From Dehalococcoidia bacterium (GTDB taxonomy: Bacteria; Chloroflexota; Dehalococcoidia; DSTF01; JACRBR01): a stretch of 64,000 bases of DNA. Of the stretch, positions 9,665 through 18,617 are shown piece after piece. The notes under the pieces are model-generated. The model was not told the DNA's origin and did no database searches. It worked only from the letters and a program-made list of their open reading frames with translations. The DNA is taken from assembly GCA_035650575.1 (NCBI GenBank), contig DASRHM010000123.1, forward strand, positions 1,234 through 65,233. Direction: 5' to 3'. Position numbers and translations under genes: made by a program. The first letter of the stretch is position 1, and every line of letters begins with the position of its first letter.

Positions 9665-9874
9665 GGTGCATCGAACGACGCGATCGGGCTCGGGCCGAAG
9701 CCGGATGGCGGACGCCGGGCGACGGCGTCGTCGAGCCGCGCCGCATCGCAGTTCGTGGGCTCGTCCGGTCCGCCCGATGCTGGTCGTCCGCCGGTCAGCG
9801 GGGCGCTCGCGGGGCGTGCCGGCGCTCGCTAGGCTGAGTAGTCGAGCGAGGGCGATTCGGCGGGAGCCGGGACC

Positions 9875-10112
9875 GATGCGGGCGAGCGAAGAGCGGCGCA
9901 ACGCGTACCTCCAGGCCTGGGTGGACTGGCAGAAGCAGCTCGCCGACCTCCACGCCGTGTTCATCGACGGCACGAAGACGCTCGAGGGCGACCGCATGAA
10001 GGGCCTGCTGAACCGCGAGGCGCGCGCGAAGGAGCGGTACGACCGCGCGCGCCTCGAGCTGCTCGGTGTGCCGGCGCCCGGCGATTCGCCGTTCGACCAG
10101 GATCCGCCGTGA
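9875..10112 (+). CDS. Small hypothetical protein, translationally coupled to ccdA
   Basis: 79-aa ORF (MRASEERRNAYLQAWVDWQKQL...). Its stop overlaps the GTG start of the downstream gene (GTGA). Confidence 0.4.
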
Positions 10113-10966
10113 CGCAGGGGTGGGTGGACTACCTGACCGGGCCGTGGGGCTTCGCCTTCGCGTTCGCCGCGGGGCTGCTCTCGTTCCTCTCGCCGTGCGT
10201 GCTGCCGCTGGTGCCGGCGTACCTCGCGCACCTCACGGGCACGGCGGTGGGCTTCGCAGGCGACCGGCGCCGCACGGTGCTGCACGCGGCGATGTTCGTC
10301 GCCGGCTTCACGGCGGTGTTCGTCGTGCTGGGCGCGTCGGTCGGCGTGATCGGCGCGGTGAGCGCGGATCACAGCTACGTGATCCAGGACCACGAGACGT
10401 TGCTCCAGCGCATCGGCGGCGTGTTCCTCATCGTCCTCGGGCTCAACCTGCTGGGCGTGGTCCGCATCCCGATGCTGTATCGCACGTGGTCGCTGGAGAC
10501 AGCGACGGCGCGCGTCCCGGTGGCGGCGGGCGTCGGCGGGGGCGGCGGCTCGGCGACGATGGCGCTCGGCGGCCGCGGCGGCGGCGCGCCCGCCTGGGTC
10601 TCCGGCCTCGGCTACGCGAAGTCGTTCGGCGTGGGCTCGGCGTTCGCGATCGGCTGGACGCCGTGCATCGGACCCGTGCTCGGCGCGATCCTCACGCTCT
10701 CCGCGACGAGCGCGTCCGTCGCGAAGGGAAGCTGGCTGCTGCTGGCGTACTCGCTGGGGCTCGGGGTGCCGTTCGTCGCGACGGGGTTCGCGGTGGCGCC
10801 GATCACGCGCTTCATCAAGCGGAAGCAGTGGTTGATGCCGGCGGTGGAGATCGCGACGGGGGTAATCGTGATCTTCGTCGGGATCCTGCTGTTCAGCGAC
10901 AACCTGACGATCTTCAACGGCGACTTCTCGCGGATCCCGTTCCTCGACCGGTTGAACCAGATCTGA
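10109..10966 (+). CDS. ccdA: Cytochrome c-type biogenesis / thiol-disulfide transfer membrane protein CcdA (DsbD transmembrane domain)
   Basis: Two conserved Cys in TM helices (LSPCVLPLVPAYL ... GWTPCIGPVLGAIL), six TM segments, about 285 aa. Confidence 0.85.
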   Translation: MTQGWVDYLTGPWGFAFAFAAGLLSFLSPCVLPLVPAYLAHLTGTAVGFAGDRRRTVLHAAMFVAGFTAVFVVLGASVGVIGAVSADHSYVIQDHETLLQRIGGVFLIVLGLNLLGVVRIPMLYRTWSLETATARVPVAAGVGGGGGSATMALGGRGGGAPAWVSGLGYAKSFGVGSAFAIGWTPCIGPVLGAILTLSATSASVAKGSWLLLAYSLGLGVPFVATGFAVAPITRFIKRKQWLMPAVEIATGVIVIFVGILLFSDNLTIFNGDFSRIPFLDRLNQI

Positions 10967-11067
10967 CGAGCGGGCCGGGCGCGCCCGGACGATCGCCCAT
11001 CCCCATCGCTCATCTCCAACCGGCCACCGCGGCGCGGGTGGTCCGCCCGTACGCGTACACTGAGGGC

Positions 11068-12444
11068 ATGCCGCGACCGCGACGCACCCCCGCACGGCCC
11101 GCGCGATCGGCGCCGATGCTCGTCTCCGGCGCGCCGGATGAGGCGCCGCCCGGCGAGCTGGCGCCGCTCGCCGCGCGGGTGCGGCCCCGCGCGTTCGACG
11201 AGTACGTGGGGCAGGAGCACCTCGTCGGCGAGGGGCGCATCCTGCGCCGGCTCGTCGAGTCGGACAACCTGCCGTCGATGATCCTCTGGGGCCCACCGGG
11301 CACGGGGAAGACGACGCTCGCACGCCTCATCGCCACGCGCACGCACGCGACGTTCGTACCGGTCTCGGCGGTATCGGCGGGCGTCGCGGATCTGCGGCGC
11401 GTGGTCGCGGAGGCGCGCGACCGGCTGCGGGCGGGCGGCGGGCGCACCGTCCTGTTCATCGACGAGATCCACCGATTCAACAAGGCGCAGCAGGACGCGA
11501 TCCTGCCGTTCGTCGAGGACGGCACGATTACGCTCATCGGCGCGACGACCGAGAACCCATCGTTCGAAGTGATCGGCCCGCTGCTCTCGCGCTCGCGCGT
11601 CTTCGCGCTGAAGCAGCTCGAGCCGGAGCACATCGAGCGCATCCTGCGCCACGCGCTGGAGGACCCGGAGCGCGGCCTCGGCGCGCTCGGCGTGCAGGTC
11701 GATGACGACGCGCTGGCGGCGCTCGCGGCCTCCGTCGGCGGCGACGCGCGCATCGCGCTGAATGCGCTCGAGGCCGCCGTGCTGGCCGCCCGCGCGCGCG
11801 ACGGCGGCGGCCGGGTGCGTATCGAGGACATCGAGGAGGCGCTGCAGCATCGCACGTACCTGTACGACCGGCAGGGCGATGCGCACTATGACACGATCTC
11901 GGCCTTCATCAAGTCGCTGCGCGGGTCGGACCCGGATGCCGCGCTCTACTGGCTCGCGCGCATGATCGAGTCCGGCGAAGACCCGCTGTTCATCGTCCGC
12001 CGCATGGTGATCCTCGCGGCCGAGGACGTCGGGCTCGCGGATCCGCAGGCGCTGGTCGTCGCGACGGCGTGCCAGCAGGCGGTGCACTTCATCGGCCTGC
12101 CGGAGGGCTTCTTCCCGATGGCGGAGACGGCGCTGTACCTGGCGCTGGCGCCGAAGAGCGACAGCGTGGGATCCGCGTACAGCGCTGCCCTGCGCGACGT
12201 GGAAGCGACGCGTAACGACCCCGTGCCGTTGCACCTCCGCAACGCCGTGACCGGTCTCATGAGGCAGATGGGGTATGGGAAGGGGTACCGGTACGCGCAC
12301 GACTTCCGGGGGCACGTCGTCGAGCAGCGGCACCGGCCGGACCGCGCGGAAGGGCACGCGTACTACCGCGCGGGCGACCTCGGCTGGGAGGGGCGGCGCA
12401 AGCGCGAGCGGGAAGCGCGCGACGGAGGCGAGCCGCGGGGCTGA
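11068..12444 (+). CDS. rarA: Replication-associated recombination protein A (AAA+ ATPase RarA/MgsA)
   Basis: Walker A GPPGTGKTT, Walker B LFIDEIHRFNK, sensor region, and the conserved C-terminal YRYAHDF...YY..GDLGWE...RER. Start at ATG 11068 (MPRPRRT), chosen to remove an N-terminal low-complexity extension. Confidence 0.9.
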   Translation: MPRPRRTPARPARSAPMLVSGAPDEAPPGELAPLAARVRPRAFDEYVGQEHLVGEGRILRRLVESDNLPSMILWGPPGTGKTTLARLIATRTHATFVPVSAVSAGVADLRRVVAEARDRLRAGGGRTVLFIDEIHRFNKAQQDAILPFVEDGTITLIGATTENPSFEVIGPLLSRSRVFALKQLEPEHIERILRHALEDPERGLGALGVQVDDDALAALAASVGGDARIALNALEAAVLAARARDGGGRVRIEDIEEALQHRTYLYDRQGDAHYDTISAFIKSLRGSDPDAALYWLARMIESGEDPLFIVRRMVILAAEDVGLADPQALVVATACQQAVHFIGLPEGFFPMAETALYLALAPKSDSVGSAYSAALRDVEATRNDPVPLHLRNAVTGLMRQMGYGKGYRYAHDFRGHVVEQRHRPDRAEGHAYYRAGDLGWEGRRKREREARDGGEPRG

Positions 12445-12463
12445 GCTCGCGCGCCGTACCGGC

Positions 12464-13357
12464 ATCCTCGTCGGCACGGCGTCCTGGACCGACCGCAGCC
12501 TGCTCGAATCGAAGAAGTGGTATCCGCCCGACGTGAAGACGCCGGAGGAGCGCCTGCGCTATTACGCGAGCCGGTTCGCGTTCGTCGAAGCGGACAGCAC
12601 GTACTACTCGCTCGAGATGGAGCCGCAGGCGGAGGCGTGGGCGCGGCATACGCCGCCGGGATTCGTGTTCGACGTCAAGGCGTTCCGGCTGTTCACCGGC
12701 CATCCGACGCCGCCTTCGATGCTCCCGCGCGACGTCCGCGGGGCGCTCGGGGCGCTGCCCGAGAAGAAGCGCAACTGGTACTACGCCGACGTCCCGCCGG
12801 AGCTCCGCGACGAGCTGTGGGCGTACTTCGATCGGTCGATGCGGCCGCTGCGCGAGTCGGGAAAGCTGGGTGCCGTCGTGCTGCAGTTCCCGCCGTGGCT
12901 GATGCCGTCGGACGCGGCGCGCGCGCAGATCCTGGACGGCCTCGACCACCTCGATGGCTACCGCGTCGCGGTCGAGTTCCGCAACAAGTACTGGCTCAGC
13001 GAGCGGCGCCGGCGCGAGACGCTCGCGTTCCTGCGCGAGCATGGCATCGCGCTCGTGATCGTCGACGAGCCGCAGGGGTTCCGGTCGAGCGTGCCGCTGA
13101 TCTGGGAAGTGACGGCGCCCGACCTCGTCGTCGTGCGGCTGCACGGGCGCAACGCCGAGACGTGGGAGAAGAAGGGGCTGCGCACGGCGTCCGAGCGCTT
13201 CAACTACGCCTACAGCGAGCGCGAGCTCGCGGAGTTCGTCGCGCCGCTGCGCGAGCTGGCCGCGCGCGCGGAGTCCACGCACGTCACGTTCAATAACAAC
13301 TACGAGGACCTGGCGCAGCGCGCCGCCGAGCAGCTGATCGGGAAGCTGGCGGCGTAG
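12464..13357 (+). CDS. DUF72 (UPF0759) family protein; start codon unresolved
   Basis: Conserved DUF72 N-terminus ILVGTASWTD...WYPP...YYASRFAFVEADSTYY. The only canonical in-frame start is ATG 12275, which would overlap rarA by 170 nt in another frame. The conserved domain begins at about 12464. Confidence 0.65.
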   Translation: MLVGTASWTDRSLLESKKWYPPDVKTPEERLRYYASRFAFVEADSTYYSLEMEPQAEAWARHTPPGFVFDVKAFRLFTGHPTPPSMLPRDVRGALGALPEKKRNWYYADVPPELRDELWAYFDRSMRPLRESGKLGAVVLQFPPWLMPSDAARAQILDGLDHLDGYRVAVEFRNKYWLSERRRRETLAFLREHGIALVIVDEPQGFRSSVPLIWEVTAPDLVVVRLHGRNAETWEKKGLRTASERFNYAYSERELAEFVAPLRELAARAESTHVTFNNNYEDLAQRAAEQLIGKLAA

Positions 13358-13459
13358 GGCGGCGCGACTGCGAACTGCCCGAGACCCGGTGTCGTCCGGC
13401 GTATGCGCAAACGCAACCCACGCGGGCCTAGAGTGCATCGACCACGCCGCAAGGAGGGC

Positions 13460-13819
13460 ATGATGCACGAGCGGAGCCGCAAGGACGAAGCCGGCGAACG
13501 CGACGACGAGTACGCGGCGCTCGAAGCCGACCGCGCGCGCGAGCGCGAGGTGCGGCGGCAGGCGGATGAGCTCGCCGGGATCGACGCGAACGCGCCCTTC
13601 GACGAGCGCGTCGAGTCGGCGTCGCCGGACGAGGTCGAGGTGCCGACGCCATCGGGCGACGAGCTCGAGGAGATGGTGCGGACGCCGCCGGAGGACGAGC
13701 GCGAACCGCGGGCGAACGCGCGCGACGCGCTGACGCGCGCGCCGGACGAGTACCAGCCGGAGACGGCGGGGCGTTCGCCGGGCGACATCGACATCGAGGG
13801 TGACTGGCCGGAGGAGTGA
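13460..13819 (+). CDS. Small highly acidic hypothetical protein
   Basis: SD AAGGAGGG directly upstream of ATG-ATG at 13457/13460. Product of about 120 aa is very rich in Asp/Glu. Confidence 0.45.
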   Translation: MMHERSRKDEAGERDDEYAALEADRAREREVRRQADELAGIDANAPFDERVESASPDEVEVPTPSGDELEEMVRTPPEDEREPRANARDALTRAPDEYQPETAGRSPGDIDIEGDWPEE

Positions 13820-14021
13820 AGCCGGCGCAGCTTTTGCGCCTGGCGTGGCGTGCATGTCGACGCGGCGGTGTGCACCCCCGCCGAGGATGGAAGCTGGAAG
13901 ATGGAGGGTAGACGCTCGTCGCATCGTCGTGCGCAAGCGGGCATCGACGCAATCGAGACGAAACGAAGCGGCCGGGAAACCGCATCCCGGCCGCTTCGCG
14001 CTCGTCCTCGGGGGGCGTGCG

Positions 14022-14429
14022 CTAGACGGTGCCTTGAGGCGAGCGCGCCGGTTTGCCGGCGTTGCCGACGCGCTCGCCCTGCGTCGCGGAGACGGTGTTG
14101 AGCCGGAGCTTCGCCGGCTTCGTCGCGCTGGCCTTCGGCATGACGACGACGATCACGCCGTTGTTGTACGTCGCGTTCGCCATCGTGCCGTCGACCGGCT
14201 CCGGCAGTCGCACCTCGCGATGGTATGGCCCGGGATTCCACTCGTCTGTGAGTACGTCCTTGTCGCCCTTGAGCGTGCCGCGCAGCTCGCCGTGCAGCAT
14301 CATCCGACCGTCGGCGACCTCGACGACGATGTCCTCGGGCTCGAGTCCGGGCATCGGCGCGGCGACGGTGACGCGCTCGTCGCTGCGGTACACCTTGACC
14401 GGGATCTCCTGCGTCTTCGCCTGTTGCAT
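14022..14429 (-). CDS. Hsp20 / alpha-crystallin family small heat-shock protein
   Basis: 135 aa. The alpha-crystallin domain pattern (RVTVAAPMPGLEPEDIVVEV...GVIVVVMPK) is typical. GGAGG SD precedes the ATG. Confidence 0.85.
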   Translation of the reverse strand: MQQAKTQEIPVKVYRSDERVTVAAPMPGLEPEDIVVEVADGRMMLHGELRGTLKGDKDVLTDEWNPGPYHREVRLPEPVDGTMANATYNNGVIVVVMPKASATKPAKLRLNTVSATQGERVGNAGKPARSPQGTV

Positions 14430-14574
14430 CGATTTACCTCCCGCCTCGCGAACGTCGCGCGCGGCCCTGCCCGCAGCCTAGCGAGAGGCGAGTTGCACGC
14501 GGGTTACAGGGGCGTGCGTGGGGGTCAATTCGCGGGGGAATGCGCTTCGGGACGGGCGTCTTCCGCCGAAGCGA

Positions 14575-14600
14575 AGAGCCCCTTCGCGGGAAGGGGCTCT
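14575..14600 (-). terminator. GC-rich hairpin downstream of htpX (11-bp stem AGAGCCCCTTC/GAAGGGGCTCT, loop GCGG)
   Basis: Perfect inverted repeat read directly from the sequence, about 25 nt past the htpX stop. No U-tract, as is common in high-GC genomes. Confidence 0.5.
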
Positions 14601-14624
14601 CGTCGCTGTGACCGGCGATCCGCG

Positions 14625-15479
14625 CTAGACGCCCGTGCGGGCCATCTGGCGCAGGCGGGCGATCCGCTCCTCGATCGGCGGGTGCGTGCTGAACAGGTTG
14701 CTGAAGTTGGCGCCGCGCAGTCCTGCCAGCGGGTTGACGATGAACATGTGCGCCGCCGCCGGGTTCACCTGCATCGGCCGCAGCTGGGCGCCGCGCTGGA
14801 GCTTCGCCAGCGCATCGGCGAGCGCGTCCGGGTCGTGCGTGGTCTTCGCGCCGGTCTTGTCGGCCTGGTACTCGCGCGTGCGGGAGATCGAGAGCTGGAC
14901 GACGGTAGCCGCGATCGGCATGAGGATGATCGCGAGGATGGCGAGCAGGCCGTTCTCGTTGTTGCGGCGGCCGCCGAACATCATCCCCCACATCATGCTG
15001 TTGGTGACCCAGGCGATGGCGCCCGCGAGGACGGCGGCGATGGAGCCGATGAGGATGTCGCGGTTGCCGACGTGCCCCAGCTCGTGCGCGATGACGCCGC
15101 GCAGCTCGCGGTCGTCGAGCAGGTCCATGATGCCGGTCGTCGCGGCGACGACGGCGTGCTTCGGGTTGCGCCCCGTCGCGAAGGCGTTCGGCGACGGGTT
15201 GTCGACGATGTACACCTTCGGCTTCGGCAGGGTCGTGAGCGAGCGCACCTCATCGACGATGCGGTGGAGGCGCGGCTCCTGCTCCGGCGTCACCTCGCGC
15301 GCGCCGGCCATGCGCAGGGCGAGGGAATCGGACTTCCAGTAGGCGAAGAAATTGAGGGCCGCCGCGATGGCGACGAAGAAGATCAGCCCCGCCAGGCCGC
15401 CCAGGAACAGGTATCCCAGTGCCCCGAGGAGGCCGGTGAGGACCCCCATCAGCAGCAAGGTCTTGGCAGTCGCTCCCAT
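14625..15479 (-). CDS. htpX: Zinc metalloprotease HtpX (peptidase M48)
   Basis: HEXXH motif HELGHVGNRD, a second His/Glu site, and N-terminal TM helices. Start chosen at the internal ATG (MGATAKTLLLMGVL), which has a GGAAAGGAA SD-like stretch. Alternative upstream starts are GTG 15527 and ATG 15512. Confidence 0.85.
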   Translation of the reverse strand: MGATAKTLLLMGVLTGLLGALGYLFLGGLAGLIFFVAIAAALNFFAYWKSDSLALRMAGAREVTPEQEPRLHRIVDEVRSLTTLPKPKVYIVDNPSPNAFATGRNPKHAVVAATTGIMDLLDDRELRGVIAHELGHVGNRDILIGSIAAVLAGAIAWVTNSMMWGMMFGGRRNNENGLLAILAIILMPIAATVVQLSISRTREYQADKTGAKTTHDPDALADALAKLQRGAQLRPMQVNPAAAHMFIVNPLAGLRGANFSNLFSTHPPIEERIARLRQMARTGV

Positions 15480-15715
15480 CGTTCGGTTCGTTCCTTTCCG
15501 GCGGGCCGCCATGGCCCGCTTGCTCACAGTTTAGCAAGGGTGCGGCGCGCGGAGTGTAAGCGCCCTGTAACACAGGCCGCGGCCGTCCATCGGGTTTCGG
15601 ACGCGGCGCGGGGTTGGTCCAGCCGGCGGGCCGTGGCGCGCCCGCCGGTTGCCGTGATTCGCGAGCTCTCGCATGGGTTGCGCCCGGTTGGCGTGGCGCT
15701 GGCCACTGGCGGCGT

Positions 15716-17902
15716 TCAGCGGTCGCGGCGCTGGCGGGGCGGCAGGCCGGGAATGCCCGCCGTCGGGCCGCCGGTGCGCGTCGGCAGGCGCAGCACGCGG
15801 CGGCGCGCCTCCATGGGGGTCGGCTTCGGGTACTCGACGCGCGGGTGGTAGACCGCGCGCATCGTCCCCTTGAACGACTCGGCGATCGTGCGCAGGTCGC
15901 GGAGCGTGAGGTCGCAGTCGTCGAGCTGCCCCTCGGCGACGCGCTCGCCGATCACCTCGTCGACCATCTGGTCGATCTTCTGCGGCGAGCGGTCGCTGGC
16001 GCTGCGGATCATCGCCTCCGTCGAGTCGGCGAGCATGACGATCGCGGTCTCCTTCGACTGCGGCCGCGGGCCGGGGTACTGGAACTGCTCGGGGTCGACG
16101 CCAGGGTCGCGCTCGGCGGCGGTGCGATAGAAGTACGTGACGAGGCGGGTGCCGTGGTGCTCGGGGATGAACGCCTGCACGCGCTCGGGCAGCCCTTCTC
16201 GGCGCGCCAGCTCGAGGCCGTTGCGCACGTGCTCCTGGATCACCGCCGCGCTCTCTTCGGGCGAAAGCTGCTCGTGCGGGCTGCCGCCGCCGAGCTGGTT
16301 CTCGATGTACATGCCGGGCTGCAGCACCTTGCCGATGTCGTGATAGTAGCAGCCGACGCGCGTGAGCAGCGGGTCGGCGCCGACGAGATCCGCCGCGCGC
16401 TCCGCGAGGTTGCCGACGATGATGCTGTGGTGGAACGTGCCCGGCGCCTCATCCTGCAGGCGGCGCAGGAGCGGCGAGTTGAGTTGCGAGAGCTCCATGA
16501 GCTGCACGCGCGTCGTCACGCCGAAGAGCACGCCGACCGTGACGAACGCCCCCGCGGCGATGACGCCGCTGCTGATCCCGCCCACCGCCGCTGAGAGCGC
16601 CATCCACGCGAGGTCCGCGCTCGTGCGGTCGCCATCGACGAACCAGGTGGCGACGAGCACGACGTAGGTGACGGCGGCGACGGCGATCCCCGCGCCCATG
16701 TAGCGGCTCAGGCGGCCGGCGCGGTGCACCATGTAGATGCCGGCGATGGGCGCGAGGCCGTACACGAGCAGGAGCCGGATCGTGTCCGTCGAGCTGATCG
16801 CGGTGACGAGCGAGACGTCCGGGATGAACACGCTGATGAACGCCACGAGCGCGCCGATGAACGCCGACACGACGACCGCGACCTCGGTCTCGAGCAGCGC
16901 GGCGACGAGGATCGGCGCCGCCGCGACGGGCAGGATGAAGGCGAGGAAGTGGCGGTGCTCGTCGGGCATGACGACGGGCAGGTAGAACTTGGCGATGAGC
17001 AGCGGCGCGGCCATCACGAGCGCGAGGGCGATCATGTGGCGCTCGGAGGTGACGCCGCCGGGCTGCATGACGTAGACGAATCCCGCGACGGCGCCCGCGA
17101 CGACGACCGAAAGCAGCACGACGGCCGCGACGTTGCGCCACTCGACGGTGCGCGAGAGCAGCCCTGCGGCGCGCAGCTTCTCGATCGCCACGTCGTCGAC
17201 GCGCGAGCCGGCATCGAGGATCACGTCGTTCTTCTCGATGTTGATGCGCTCCGGCGGGACCGCCGCGCGCGCGGCCGCCTGTGCCTGCGCCGTGCGGTCC
17301 TGGTCGACGACGAGCGTCGGCACGATGAACGGCCGCACCATCTCCGCGGTCAGCAGCGCCTGGTCGGCGACGAAGTCGACCGTGATCTGGGCGTCGATGT
17401 TGTCGCGCGCCGCGCGCGCGCCGCCTTCGTCGAGGGAGACGCCGAGCTGTTGCTGCAGCACGCGCCGGCCTTCGGCCGCGACGGCGGTCCATTGCTCGGC
17501 GCTGAGCCCGAGCACGGTATCGATGCTGCGGGCGGAGAGGCCGAGCTGCGCGAGCGCATCGCGCTTGCGCGCGGGCTCTGTCGCCTGGTCGCGGACCTGC
17601 GTGATCTGCGCGGTCTCGCGGTCGTAGTCGTTCAGCTTCTGCGTGCGGACTGCCGGGTCGAAGACGAGCGACGGCGGCACGGCGTTCGCCGCCTCCTCGC
17701 GGCGCTGGTTCGTCAGGACGCTGCTCTCGAACGACACGCCGCGCGGCGCGCGGAGCGTGCGGGAGGCGATGTCACCCGGGTGGATCTCGAGCTGGCGGGG
17801 GAAGATGGGGAAGAGGGCGATGGCGAGGAGCGCCGCCAGCACGGTCGCGAACGCGACGGCCGTGAGGAGCGTGACCGGCCGTGGTTTACCGCGTTGAATC
17901 AT
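15716..17902 (-). CDS. 7TM-HD membrane phosphohydrolase (PgpH/YqfF-type, 7TM receptor with intracellular HD domain)
   Basis: N-terminal extracellular region, seven TM helices, and a C-terminal HD domain (HHSIIVGNLAERAADLVGAD...YYHDIGK). Confidence 0.82.
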   Translation of the reverse strand: MIQRGKPRPVTLLTAVAFATVLAALLAIALFPIFPRQLEIHPGDIASRTLRAPRGVSFESSVLTNQRREEAANAVPPSLVFDPAVRTQKLNDYDRETAQITQVRDQATEPARKRDALAQLGLSARSIDTVLGLSAEQWTAVAAEGRRVLQQQLGVSLDEGGARAARDNIDAQITVDFVADQALLTAEMVRPFIVPTLVVDQDRTAQAQAAARAAVPPERINIEKNDVILDAGSRVDDVAIEKLRAAGLLSRTVEWRNVAAVVLLSVVVAGAVAGFVYVMQPGGVTSERHMIALALVMAAPLLIAKFYLPVVMPDEHRHFLAFILPVAAAPILVAALLETEVAVVVSAFIGALVAFISVFIPDVSLVTAISSTDTIRLLLVYGLAPIAGIYMVHRAGRLSRYMGAGIAVAAVTYVVLVATWFVDGDRTSADLAWMALSAAVGGISSGVIAAGAFVTVGVLFGVTTRVQLMELSQLNSPLLRRLQDEAPGTFHHSIIVGNLAERAADLVGADPLLTRVGCYYHDIGKVLQPGMYIENQLGGGSPHEQLSPEESAAVIQEHVRNGLELARREGLPERVQAFIPEHHGTRLVTYFYRTAAERDPGVDPEQFQYPGPRPQSKETAIVMLADSTEAMIRSASDRSPQKIDQMVDEVIGERVAEGQLDDCDLTLRDLRTIAESFKGTMRAVYHPRVEYPKPTPMEARRRVLRLPTRTGGPTAGIPGLPPRQRRDR

Positions 17903-17942
17903 GCGCCACCGACGCGGCCATGATACCAGCGGCCGGGTAGCG

Positions 17943-18497
17943 TCAGCCGGACGCGGGAAGCGCGAGGGCGCGCGGGGCCGGCGAGCGGCGCCGCAGCTCG
18001 GCGATGAATGCGCCGGCGTCCGGCACGCCGAGCCAGAGGCGCCGGACCGCCAGCCGGCGCGGCCAGAGCTGTGCGGGCACGGGCGCCGCCAGGCGCAACT
18101 CCACGATCTGCCCGCCGTGGCTCGCGCAGACGCGCTCCCGGAAGTCGGACGACAGCCCGAGCCGATAGCGCCACCGCGGCCGCGGGTCGACCATCCGCAC
18201 CTCGGCGATGTCGGCGAGCGGCACGACGAGGCCGAAGAACCCCTCGAACCGCACCGCGAGCGCGCGGTCGTCGAGGTCGATGTAGCTTTCGTTGATCGCC
18301 GCGAGCAGCACGCTGCCCATGACGATGAAGGCGAGGGCGACGCCGATGCCGAACAGCGCCCGCTCGCGGTCGCTCGCGGTGCCCTCGGTGAACGCGGGGG
18401 CGAGCGAGACGAGCGCGAACGCGGCCATGGTGATGACGAGCAGCTTCAATGGCACGCGGAACCAGAAGGCATGGGCGAAATGGAATCGGCTGGTCAT
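17943..18497 (-). CDS. Membrane protein with bacterial PH-like domain (hypothetical)
   Basis: Start taken at the internal ATG (MTSRFHF). Two TM helices followed by a soluble domain. Sits downstream of pmbA in the same orientation. Confidence 0.45.
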   Translation of the reverse strand: MTSRFHFAHAFWFRVPLKLLVITMAAFALVSLAPAFTEGTASDRERALFGIGVALAFIVMGSVLLAAINESYIDLDDRALAVRFEGFFGLVVPLADIAEVRMVDPRPRWRYRLGLSSDFRERVCASHGGQIVELRLAAPVPAQLWPRRLAVRRLWLGVPDAGAFIAELRRRSPAPRALALPASG

Positions 18498-18617
18498 GGT
18501 CCTTCGTCCGTCCGACGAGGATAGCGGCGCGCCGGCGATATCAGTCTCGGCCGCGCGCGCGGCCGCCCGCAGGGCGATGGCACCTCGACCGCGCACCGCC
18601 GACGGCCGCAACCGCCG

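Noticed and set aside
10066-11067. N-terminal 334 codons of the 792-aa ORF containing rarA
   Set aside because: Arg/Gly-rich, overlaps ccdA in another frame. A genuine ATG with the RarA N-terminus lies at 11068.
9599-11323. 574-aa minus-strand ORF, extremely Arg/Ala/Pro-rich
   Set aside because: Low-complexity product, antisense to ccdA and rarA. Typical GC-driven spurious ORF.
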